DNA from: a virus
Lineage: Duplodnaviria; Caudoviricetes
DNA length: 59,737 nt
Reading direction: 5' to 3' (one strand)
IMG/VR virus record: IMGVR_UViG_3300034980_000289
Coordinates: 1 to 59,737 of that record
Numbering within the stretch: position 1 is the first letter of the stretch; each line of letters begins with the position of its first letter. The position numbers were made by a program, and so were the translations under genes. This document shows positions 47,836-56,225 of this stretch, in pieces. The notes beneath the pieces are model-generated. The model made no database searches and was not told the DNA's origin. It was given only the letters and a program-made list of their open reading frames with translations.

Positions 47836-48717
47836 TTAATTTTCCCAACACTTAATCCTTGTATCGGAAAACTCCATAGTAATCCAACCAGTCCTAACAA
47901 TTGGGTACATCGAATATCGAGCATACTCAGCGTATCGTAAGAAAGAACCTCCTCTTACATACCAACGACGCTTAAGAGCTTCTTCATTACCATCAACCCT
48001 AATCGAATCAACAGGCTTAGCGTAGAGCTGGTGATTATGACCAAGTACAAACACATCACCTTCGGAGTAAACAGCTGCCAATTTATCCAATTCGAGGTCG
48101 CCATTTTTTGCACCACTTTTACCGTGTCCACTAACAAGAAACCATTCCTTTTCCTTAACTTTAATTCTTGAATACCCTGGATATTGATAGTAAGGTACGT
48201 TCAATTCAGCCGCAAGAGTCTTACAAACATCAAAATCTAGTATGTTAAAACTACGGAGAAAATCATGATTACCTCCACGGATAAATAGGCACTTATCTTT
48301 AATTGGGGCTACCAATTGGAGGAAGGTAAGGTATTGCTCATCAGGTGGTATCATCTGACCTCTTTGAGAAATTTTATAGTGAGGAGGAATCAATTCTATC
48401 AAATCTCCATTGCCAAACCAAACTGCATTTGGGTCTTTAGCTATGGTTCTGACAGCTTCACTAAACTTTTTTAAATCAAACTCATGAGCCCCAACGTGGA
48501 TATCAGTGAGACAATGAACTCGAATAAGGTTCTTAGAACTGTAAGAGTAAATATCTCCAGGCTTAATGAGTAGATTGTATTCTTTTACTTCGGTGTCTAT
48601 GGGTACAGAAAAATATTTAAGACAAGAATTACATTTAAACTTCTGAGAAATCTTACCCTTCCTATTTGACTTACCATCCTTTTTGGTGTACATAGAAGTA
48701 CAATTTGGACAAACCAT
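47836..48717 (-). CDS. Calcineurin-like metallophosphoesterase with N-terminal Zn ribbon
   Basis: DIH, GD, GNHD, HG, GHNH; CPNC...CNSC. Confidence 0.88.
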   Translation of the reverse strand: MVCPNCTSMYTKKDGKSNRKGKISQKFKCNSCLKYFSVPIDTEVKEYNLLIKPGDIYSYSSKNLIRVHCLTDIHVGAHEFDLKKFSEAVRTIAKDPNAVWFGNGDLIELIPPHYKISQRGQMIPPDEQYLTFLQLVAPIKDKCLFIRGGNHDFLRSFNILDFDVCKTLAAELNVPYYQYPGYSRIKVKEKEWFLVSGHGKSGAKNGDLELDKLAAVYSEGDVFVLGHNHQLYAKPVDSIRVDGNEEALKRRWYVRGGSFLRYAEYARYSMYPIVRTGWITMEFSDTRIKCWEN

Positions 48718-49526
48718 TATACCTCCTTCCCTGAGCCTAGTATCTTTCTCTCGGCTTTCTCTATTTGCTCAGGAGAAAAACCACTAAACATTCCGACAAC
48801 TCCCTGTTCTATTTTCTTTACTCCAGTCCCTAGAGTCCCTATCGCCTTACCTAGTTCTTTTAAGGATTGAAGGGCAATATTTTCATCAGCTGATGTCTCA
48901 GCTAAGACTTTTAGATTGTTTAAGATGTACTCATGGTTTATCCCTAAAGATTTAGCAATATCCTGTACACCCTTCTCAACTTCTTTCATTACACGCTCCT
49001 GTTTTAAAAGGACGACTGCTTTTCTTTTTGCTTTATCTGGGGAATCCTCTTCATAGGCATCCATATAAGCTTTAACTGCACCCATCCCTACGGCTACATT
49101 TGTAGCAAATAACTTTTCTTTATTAGTAACGCTCTTTCTTTCTTTTACTCTTTTATTAGGATTAGTGATAGTTCTAGAAAAAGTATATCTATTTGGATGT
49201 CTTGTGAAATCAGAATCCATGAAATTCTTAGAATCTATAATAAAAGTACCCACGACAGTCCTAACGTACCCCTTTGCATATTTATAATTTTTTGAATCTT
49301 TTGGATGAGAGATGCTATTCACTTTGAGTAATTGAAGGATATTCCCATCGTCACTCCACACCCAATCTCCCTCTTTGCCATCTCTCCAGTCCTCTACTGG
49401 GGTGATATCAGGATGGTCTTTATAAAATTCAGAAATGTGTTCATAAACAAAATGTTCCTTTTTTTTAATGGTATTTGACTTCATCCTGCTTGTGGGAATG
49501 GGTCTGTATTTCCTAATTGAGCCCAA
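48717..49526 (-). CDS. Terminase small subunit-like protein
   Basis: KEKLFA......AVKAY..AY HTH pattern; upstream of terL; true start probably 49484. Confidence 0.6.
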   Translation of the reverse strand: MGSIRKYRPIPTSRMKSNTIKKKEHFVYEHISEFYKDHPDITPVEDWRDGKEGDWVWSDDGNILQLLKVNSISHPKDSKNYKYAKGYVRTVVGTFIIDSKNFMDSDFTRHPNRYTFSRTITNPNKRVKERKSVTNKEKLFATNVAVGMGAVKAYMDAYEEDSPDKAKRKAVVLLKQERVMKEVEKGVQDIAKSLGINHEYILNNLKVLAETSADENIALQSLKELGKAIGTLGTGVKKIEQGVVGMFSGFSPEQIEKAERKILGSGKEV

Positions 49527-49687
49527 AGAGAATCAATGAGACCTACGACCTCGATGGGGATATAAAACCTTTTACCATTAATCTCAATTGGGGATAGCTC
49601 TTCATCCGCAGACGCTAACCTAGAGAGAACTCGTTCTTGCTCTTCATAAGGCAATTGAGCTAACCACTCTATCGAAATTGAAGACAT
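49481..49687 (-). CDS. Hypothetical protein
   Basis: Operon position. Confidence 0.55.
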   Translation of the reverse strand: MSSISIEWLAQLPYEEQERVLSRLASADEELSPIEINGKRFYIPIEVVGLIDSLWAQLGNTDPFPQAG

Positions 49688-49702
49688 AGGGCATATAACT
49701 GT

Positions 49703-49909
49703 TTAACTGTTAGCAACTGTTTTCTTTTCTTTCTTTTCTTTCTTTATATTACTTTCTTTCTTTTCTTTCTTTTCTTTTAGTATTTCAGCAGCCATTTCTA
49801 GGATAGCTTCATCAAATTCACGGTCTTCTTGCTCAGCCTCACGAGCAGCTACTCCAGTTAAACCTTCTTTGCCAGATAATTGCTTTGATGTTATGTAACC
49901 TTCGCTCAT
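49703..49909 (-). CDS. Charged small protein, first gene of the late arm (possibly leaderless)
   Basis: ATG lies 6 nt after the TAAATT -10 box; no SD. Confidence 0.6.
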   Translation of the reverse strand: MSEGYITSKQLSGKEGLTGVAAREAEQEDREFDEAILEMAAEILKEKKEKKESNIKKEKKEKKTVANS

Positions 49910-49915
49910 GTATCT

Positions 49916-49945
49916 AATTTAAGGGTATCCCCAGGTTCTTTTCAA
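49916..49945 (-). promoter_or_regulatory. Putative late-arm promoter TTGAAA-N18-TAAATT
   Basis: Spacer contains AGAACCTGGG, shared with 50587. Confidence 0.6.
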
Positions 49946-50093
49946 GAAAAATTGTAGTATTTTGAAAGGCGCTCTTGTTTTGGGGGTACACCACTTAAAA
50001 GTGGTTTTTCGTAAATAGAATTTACGTTAAAACGTAGTTTATGTTTTTTAAAAGTATTTGTATAGATAATTATACAGAAATGGAGATGATTAA

Positions 50094-50468
50094 ATCGCAA
50101 TAGTCAAGTTTAAAGCATTCGACTACTCAGGTGGTCGTGCTCTTAAGCGGTGGCGTGCTCCCAGAATCATAAGCATGGAGTCCGTGAAGCAAGCGTTAGC
50201 CGTAGGCATACAAGCCCTAGCTGTACGTAAGCAAGACAGGTATGCGTGGGAAGAAGAGCAGATAGCTAAAGCTGTATTGCAATTCCTAGAGAACGTTATG
50301 ATTCAAGCTCATACTGAAATGCCCAGAGATGACGCATTAGCTCTTGAAGCATCTATATCTGATGACCTCAAGGACTTATACAATGACATGGAAGCAATTC
50401 AGAACGCACGTGAGTCTTACGGCATGAACCGCAAAATGTCCAAGAAAGCAAAGCTGTTGTCTGGTTAA
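50094..50468 (+). CDS. First early-arm protein (probable ATC start at 50094; ATG at 50175)
   Basis: GGAGA at 50082..50086, 7 nt before an in-frame ATC GCA; open to 50468. Confidence 0.6.
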   Translation: MAIVKFKAFDYSGGRALKRWRAPRIISMESVKQALAVGIQALAVRKQDRYAWEEEQIAKAVLQFLENVMIQAHTEMPRDDALALEASISDDLKDLYNDMEAIQNARESYGMNRKMSKKAKLLSG

Positions 50469-50580
50469 ACAGACAGCAGCAATGCTGCTATATATATATA
50501 TTCAGTGCATATTCATGTATAAGATGAGCATAAGATGAGTATTTCATAGACATACATTCATCTCTATTATATATATACCT

Positions 50581-50610
50581 TTTAATAGAACCTGGGCACT
50601 AACTTAAATA
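50581..50610 (+). promoter_or_regulatory. Putative promoter for the ncRNA cluster
   Basis: AGAACCTGGG-N7-TTAAAT, same layout as the divergent 49916..49939 element. Confidence 0.5.
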
Positions 50611-50628
50611 CCAGGAAAAGTTTAAAAT

Positions 50629-50816
50629 CTTAGTACTTTAGTGTGAAGTAAGCACGTAACTGTGCCGCTGTAGCCACACATTGAAGTGCTAAGTGATATT
50701 TAAAATCTTAGCTCTTAGAGTCAATGATAAAGAACGTATGATTCATCGGTGTAAGCAAGGCGACACTGCCGAGTGTTGGACTGAGTTTATTGAATTATGC
50801 TACTTTAAGAGCTGAG
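50629..50816 (+). ncRNA. Two tandem stem-closed RNA cassettes (50629..50693, 50707..50816)
   Basis: 17-bp and 15-bp closing stems with G-U pairs; both flanked by TTAAAATCTTAG and AGTGATATTT. Confidence 0.6.
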
Positions 50817-50832
50817 TGATATTTTCGCATCA

Positions 50833-51234
50833 TCTAGAATCCAGGGAAACCCTTCCATTAAGGAGCATCCTGTTGCATCAGTTGAAGCAATTTTGGGCAT
50901 TCTGTTTCTTCCGCAGTTTGCCCTAAAAAATTTAACATATCCCCGTTCACATGGGGGATTAATAAATGAATAGACGTGTGATTAGCAATGATGGTGTTGT
51001 GGTTATGCTCAACCAGCCATAGTTCATAATTGTTGTGAAAGCAAAGTTAATCGCGTTCGTATTTTCGGGTATTGCCCAATGGTGATATCTATTCATGAGG
51101 GGATATGAGCACAGCCAGATGGTAAATGGCTGGCGAAAGAGTATTCTAGAAGACTCAGAGCAAAATTTTAAATAACCATGTAAGACCGCTGATTAGGTCA
51201 TAGTTACCAGCATAAATCATGGGCATTGGTTATT
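50833..51234 (+). ncRNA. Multi-branched structured RNA region
   Basis: TCTAGAAT/ATTCTAGA, CATATCCCC/GGGGATATG, ATGAATAGA/TCTATTCAT and AATAACCA/TGGTTATT pairings. Confidence 0.5.
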
Positions 51235-51998
51235 ACATTTGTCTTCGGACATACGGCTGCATATAGTCGTTAGATAAACCTAGAAATAGGTATAAAGTGG
51301 AAGCATCTCAAAGAGGTGTTATAAGCGATACTATTTATAGTATTAAAGTATGCAAATGAGTTATGTACAAGTCTACGGTTAAGTCTCTCTGAGCGGCTAA
51401 GTCTTGTATTTGTGCTTGGGTAAAGTACGATGAGGTAGTGATACCAATAAGAGAACTCATAGTAAATGGCATAAGTGTGCGAGCAGTTGCTGTTTATAGT
51501 CGATATATGTTATCTTGTCGAAAGATTAAGATGATAGTTGTCAAGACCATATTTCATGTTTGTCGCAAAACATAAGTATAGGAGGTTGTCGTAGTATACT
51601 TGCTTGAAAGAGTGAGGTCTACAATCAACAGCACAACCTTCTCCATACCCTTCTTTACCAATTAAGATTGGCAGGCTATACCTGCTATTCATAATAATAA
51701 AGAAAATCAATAGCCTGTTGACGGTTGAGAGCATAGGACACTTTACCTCTGAAACAATGAGGTGCATTTGGGCTCGAAAGGCTCGGTGTTCATGGTGAAA
51801 GCTCAGGTTGGCTTTATAAGTCATTAGGCGGTCGGCAGACCTGCACTGCAGTTATTAACTGTGTATACAACTTAACCGTTACGAGTGATGAGCGTTACTC
51901 ATTGTGTCTGATAGGATACTAGTCGCAAGATTAGTGGACAAAAGAGGGAAACAATACTCCTCTCAAAGACTTATCGCATCAACCTGTAGTCTCAGGGT
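51235..51998 (+). ncRNA. Giant structured ncRNA, GOLLD-like
   Basis: About 760 nt with no + strand ORF; many GNRA/UUCG hairpins; 3' end ...GAGGGAAACAATACTCCCTC...CCTGTAGTCTCAGG resembles, from memory, GOLLD 3' domains; boundaries approximate. Confidence 0.6.
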
Positions 51999-52258
51999 GA
52001 TATTTAGAGCAATTAAGGATGATATGAGAAGTACAAGGGTGTAAGTGTGAGCAAACCGTCTTTACATACCCATAAGCAATCAGTTCTAACTCATAGAACT
52101 AATGAACGAAGTTAGACTACCTTTATTTAGCGTGAATAAAGTAAAAAGGTCACCTGCGTCTTGGAGACGACAAGCTATACGGTATAGCTCGGAGGCATGA
52201 GTATGTACAAAGCCAATGAACAAAGCACCATTTTTTAACTAATAAGAGGGTATTAACT

Positions 52259-52729
52259 ATGACTAAAAGAGTAAAAGTTAAATTAAATATAAAACCACAA
52301 GCAATTATATGTGATGTAGATGGTACAGTTGCTTTAATGCACGGTAACAGAACACCGTTTGAATGGGATAAAGTTTGGAGTGATAAGCCTAATGATTGGG
52401 TAATAGATTTAATAGAATCATATTGTTTGATACAAAAATCTTATAATAAAGATTCTAATCTAATATTTTTATCAGGAAGATGTGATGTATGTTTTGATGA
52501 TACTAAAGAGTGGCTTGAAAAGTATTTTCATATTCCATTTGAATTATATATGAGACCAAAGGCTCAAGAATTTGAGAAAGATGCTAAGATAAAGCATGAG
52601 ATATATATTAATGAAATTAAACCTAACTATGATGTACGGTTTGTAATTGATGATAGAAAACAAGTGGTAGATATGTGGAGAAACGTAGCAGGTTTACCAG
52701 TAGCTCAAGTAGCAGAAGGGAATTTCTAA
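52259..52729 (+). CDS. HAD-family polynucleotide 3'-phosphatase (T4 PNKP phosphatase-like)
   Basis: DVDGT, LSGR, LYMRP, K, IDDR..VVDMWR. Confidence 0.88.
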   Translation: MTKRVKVKLNIKPQAIICDVDGTVALMHGNRTPFEWDKVWSDKPNDWVIDLIESYCLIQKSYNKDSNLIFLSGRCDVCFDDTKEWLEKYFHIPFELYMRPKAQEFEKDAKIKHEIYINEIKPNYDVRFVIDDRKQVVDMWRNVAGLPVAQVAEGNF

Positions 52730-52866
52730 TGAGTAAAAAGAAAGAAATAATTATTAGTAGTGGTAAAAAGATGCAAATGGTAGTTATTCAAACACCTATT
52801 GCTGGGATAAAGAATAGAAAAGGTGAACAGGCAATAGATTCAATCACTAAACACAGAAAAAAATAA
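52729..52866 (+). CDS. Small basic hypothetical protein
   Basis: TAATG coupling to the phosphatase gene (MSKKKEII...). Confidence 0.55.
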   Translation: MSKKKEIIISSGKKMQMVVIQTPIAGIKNRKGEQAIDSITKHRKK

Positions 52867-52868
52867 TT

Positions 52869-53147
52869 ATGGATAAAAGTGATAGAACAACTATGATAGA
52901 TGCCCTTCATTCTGTTGGCATTTATAAACAATTGCTTGATAGTTTAAATGATGATAAAATACAATCATTGTTTAGTTTAATTGGATGGGCAGCTTCCTCC
53001 TCTTTTACTGATGATATCAAGGATGAAGAGTGTGAACACACTGGCAATAAGGAAGTTGCTGAAGAGTACTATGGAAGAGAAGAGAGCCAATTCACCACTT
53101 ATTATATCTGTGAAGATTGTGGAGAAGAAGTGGCTGGTGAAGAATGA
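52869..53147 (+). CDS. Hypothetical protein with a Zn-ribbon C-terminus
   Basis: CEH...CEDCG. Confidence 0.6.
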   Translation: MDKSDRTTMIDALHSVGIYKQLLDSLNDDKIQSLFSLIGWAASSSFTDDIKDEECEHTGNKEVAEEYYGREESQFTTYYICEDCGEEVAGEE

Positions 53148-53265
53148 CTGTTAAAAAATGTCGAAGTCAAAGACAGGTAAAAGCTGAAGTCATATTAAAT
53201 GCATGGAAGAACTATTGTAGAACTTCATGGATTTATAGATTTCTAGAAAGGCTAGGTTTAAGATA

Positions 53266-54042
53266 ATGAAAATTAAAAAGACCAAAGACTATGATAAATT
53301 TGTATTTATCAAAATTAATCGAGATATTATGACTACTCATGTTAACAATTTAAATAAATCATTTAATATTGTTGGTGAAAGGTTAGATATGTACCCGATT
53401 ATTGTGAAGCCACTTAAAAAGAAGTATGCGAGTGGAGCATATCCAAATGGAAAGCACGAAATATGGGACGGACAGCATAGATTTGTTACTGCTAGAAATA
53501 AGGATAGTTTTATATATTATATGATTGATGAAGAAGATGTATTGCAGCCCGAACATTTAGCATATCTTCAAACATCTAAATCATGGAACTTAGATAATTA
53601 TCTAAATAAATATTGTTCTTTAGCCAATACAATAGGCAAAGGAACTTATGATGATTATAAGATTTATGATGGGTTTAAAAGGAAGAGTGGATGGAGTCAC
53701 AACTGTGTTATTGCTTTATTAGTTAGTAACACTAAAGGCGCTGTGGCATCATTTAAAGAAGGTCATTTCAAAATTGAAAGAAGCATTTCCGATGCTAATA
53801 ACATTATTGAAATGATTAGTGACTTTGGAAGTCATTTTAAGTATTATAAGGCACGAAGCTTTGTGCTTGCTATGCTTAGAATCATCACTAGGGTAGAAAA
53901 TTATAACCATAAAAGAATGATGGCTAAGATGGAATACTTGAGTGAGAAATTAGTTAAATGCCCTGATGCAACAACGTATGTCTTGCTTTTAGAGAAATTG
54001 TATAACTTTAACTCTACTGGTGATTTCATACGTTTCATCTAG
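53266..54042 (+). CDS. ParB/Srx-like domain protein
   Basis: NR, PIIV, DGQHR. Confidence 0.75.
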   Translation: MKIKKTKDYDKFVFIKINRDIMTTHVNNLNKSFNIVGERLDMYPIIVKPLKKKYASGAYPNGKHEIWDGQHRFVTARNKDSFIYYMIDEEDVLQPEHLAYLQTSKSWNLDNYLNKYCSLANTIGKGTYDDYKIYDGFKRKSGWSHNCVIALLVSNTKGAVASFKEGHFKIERSISDANNIIEMISDFGSHFKYYKARSFVLAMLRIITRVENYNHKRMMAKMEYLSEKLVKCPDATTYVLLLEKLYNFNSTGDFIRFI

Positions 54043-54053
54043 GTGATGCGAAA

Positions 54054-54085
54054 GGACAGGGTTGCCGTCGGGGTGACCCTGTTCT
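54054..54085 (+). terminator. GC-rich hairpin, terminator or processing site
   Basis: GGACAGGGTTGCC/GGTGACCCTGTTC stem followed by a U-rich stretch. Confidence 0.5.
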
Positions 54086-54111
54086 AACTTTAATTAATAA
54101 GGAGGAATATT

Positions 54112-54327
54112 ATGGCAAAAGCCGTAAAAGTATCAAGAGATGATTTTGAATCTTATCTAGATGTTCAAAATTATGGAGCATGGAATATGTTGTCTAGTGA
54201 AGCACGAGCTGCCACTGGATTAGAAGAAGAGATATATTCAAAGATAATAAAAAATTATAGTGGATTATCTAAAAAATATAACGATGAAAAGGAGAAAGAC
54301 CAATGGGTTTTGACGTTTACGGATTAA
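54112..54327 (+). CDS. Hypothetical protein
   Basis: AAGGAGG RBS. Confidence 0.7.
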   Translation: MAKAVKVSRDDFESYLDVQNYGAWNMLSSEARAATGLEEEIYSKIIKNYSGLSKKYNDEKEKDQWVLTFTD

Positions 54328-54926
54328 ATCCGCAAGAACATAGTAGTTTGAGTGAAGATGCTATAAAGTTTCAAGATAAAGACGGTTGGGCAATGTTTGA
54401 TAAGATGGATGATAAAGACAAAGAAGCTTATTTCAATGCTCAAGATAAATACCGAGAAGAAAATCCTGGTTATTATTTTCGTAATAACGTATGGTGGTGG
54501 AGACCTCTATGGGAATTTGTATGTACTAGTTGTGATGATTTCTTAACACATAAAGATATGGATAAAGGTGGATATAACGATGGTAAGAAAATATCTAAGA
54601 CTAAATCACTTAAGATTTCTAAGAGATTATCTAAATTAATCGCAGATGGCACTGTTGATATGCTTGAAAGAAGAAGTACACTGGCAATTGAAAAAGCAAA
54701 AGCTCATAATAAAGAGGTTAGAAAAGAAATGGATAGAATAAGTGATGAATGTAAAGAAAAGCATGGAAAAGATTTAGTTCCTGCTAATTATCCTGAGCCT
54801 TATAAATCTCAGTGGGACGATGCATACTCAAAAGAAGATTGGACATCAAGTTATCCATTTTACGCAGATAATGTTAAATTATTTGCTACGTTCTGTCAAG
54901 AAAGTGGAGGTTTTGAAATATGTTAA
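54303..54926 (+). CDS. Conserved phage hypothetical protein
   Basis: MGFDVYG...YFRNNVWWWRPLW...SGGFEIC. Confidence 0.7.
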   Translation: MGFDVYGLNPQEHSSLSEDAIKFQDKDGWAMFDKMDDKDKEAYFNAQDKYREENPGYYFRNNVWWWRPLWEFVCTSCDDFLTHKDMDKGGYNDGKKISKTKSLKISKRLSKLIADGTVDMLERRSTLAIEKAKAHNKEVRKEMDRISDECKEKHGKDLVPANYPEPYKSQWDDAYSKEDWTSSYPFYADNVKLFATFCQESGGFEIC

Positions 54927-55159
54927 AGCTAAGAGAAATACATACTCAAAAAGATAACGTATTAAAGCATTTAAGGAGTGGAAGAGAAATTAACTCTTTA
55001 GATGCCTTAGAACAATATGGTTGCTTCAGATTAGCTGCTATCATATGGAATTTAAGGGATGAGGGTCATAAAATTGTTACTAAGCCAGTAATAAATAAAT
55101 ACGGCAAATCGTTTGCATCCTACAAATTAAATGACGATTTAGTACCGTCTCAAAAGTAG
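54920..55159 (+). CDS. Winged-helix DNA-binding protein
   Basis: VLKHL..G..I..LDA...YGCFRLAA.I..LR..G..I.T. Confidence 0.75.
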   Translation: MLKLREIHTQKDNVLKHLRSGREINSLDALEQYGCFRLAAIIWNLRDEGHKIVTKPVINKYGKSFASYKLNDDLVPSQK

Positions 55160-55232
55160 TGCTAGAGAAGTTGGGGTAGATAGATAAATATTGTTAAATT
55201 AATACAATAATATGTCATGCCAAATTCTACCC

Positions 55233-55262
55233 TTGACTTCTATCTTCGTATATTATTAAATT
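55233..55262 (+). promoter_or_regulatory. Putative promoter TTGACT-N18-TAAATT for the recombination/replication genes
   Basis: Intergenic; overlaps the 3' arm of hairpin 55166..55241. Confidence 0.6.
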
Positions 55263-55287
55263 TAGAAGGGTTAAATAAGGTAAGCAA

Positions 55288-56004
55288 ATGATAAATGTAG
55301 AACAAATATATCATGACTATTTACTGTCCGAATCTAAAAATCATATTAAAAAATATAAAGATTATAAGGGTTGGTACAGTGCTTCCTCAGCTGGTTCATG
55401 CTTCATAAAACAGCATTTAAAATCTAAAGGAACAGATGAAAAACCTATGGATGAGCGCACAATGAGGGTGCTTAGACTGGGAACAATTGTTCATTCAGAT
55501 ATTGAAAAAGCGTTAGCTGAGGGAAGTAAAAATATTGATAAAAGTCAAGTAAAGTTGTACTCAGAAAAGAGAATTACTTTACCTGATGTGAATGTAGTCG
55601 GTCATCTTGACATAGGTGTACATCTTTTAATAGAAGATAAACTTTTTGTGTATGATTTAAAGACTGCTCATTCATTTAAATGGAAAAAAGTGTTTGGAAG
55701 AAATATAGACCCAAAACCATCTGTTAATTATCAATTGCAGTTGGGTACTTATGGCATGGGCTTGGGAAGAGAGCTTGAATGTGAAGACGTAGAATTAGGT
55801 CTTCTTTGGTATAAAAAGGATGATTCTCGTATGAAATTACAAACCATAGATAGTATGTGGTTAGATAATGCCTATGAGTATTGGGTAGAATTAAATGAAA
55901 CATTATCAGATTCCGTTCCTAGTCCAGGAAGCACCAATGCTCCTGTATACAATTGGGAATGTAATTATTGTCCATATAAAGGGACAGCATGTGAGGGTGT
56001 ATGA
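55288..56004 (+). CDS. Cas4-like PD-(D/E)XK exonuclease
   Basis: SAS..G.C, GTIVH, GHLD, DLKT, QL..Y, C..CPY...C (Fe-S cluster). Confidence 0.85.
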   Translation: MINVEQIYHDYLLSESKNHIKKYKDYKGWYSASSAGSCFIKQHLKSKGTDEKPMDERTMRVLRLGTIVHSDIEKALAEGSKNIDKSQVKLYSEKRITLPDVNVVGHLDIGVHLLIEDKLFVYDLKTAHSFKWKKVFGRNIDPKPSVNYQLQLGTYGMGLGRELECEDVELGLLWYKKDDSRMKLQTIDSMWLDNAYEYWVELNETLSDSVPSPGSTNAPVYNWECNYCPYKGTACEGV

Positions 56005-56225
56005 CAGCGGCTGAATTAATGGGGTATCTTATGCATTTTGAACCAGATTCAATTGTTGATATATCCTCAGATGAAGAAGGTAATAGCTATGGAGATATTG
56101 CTCCTAGTTTTGCAGAAGGGCAGTTATTGGATGGAAGAAAGGTTTATACCCTATATCCACTTAACTGTCAAGAACCTTTAGAAAGATATTTAATAGATAA
56201 ACCAAAGGAGGAAAAGAGTGAGTAA
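56001..56225 (+). CDS. Hypothetical protein
   Basis: ATGA coupling; SSDEEGNSY. Confidence 0.6.
   Translation: MTAAELMGYLMHFEPDSIVDISSDEEGNSYGDIAPSFAEGQLLDGRKVYTLYPLNCQEPLERYLIDKPKEEKSE

Noticed and set aside
48600-48717. IS1 InsA-like transposase fragment
   Set aside because: The Zn ribbon is fused in frame to a metallophosphoesterase, with no DDE domain or inverted repeats.
50621-50824. CRISPR mini-array
   Set aside because: Only short flanks repeat, inserts are of unequal length and structured, and there is no cas operon. The Cas4-like gene is a typical phage exonuclease.
51510-51824. 104-aa ORF on the - strand
   Set aside because: Antisense to the local transcription direction, no RBS, atypical composition, and it overlaps + strand RNA structure.
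51235-51998. Group I or II intron
   Set aside because: No interrupted gene, no recognisable P7 or domain V, and no maturase or homing endonuclease. A covariance search is still advisable.
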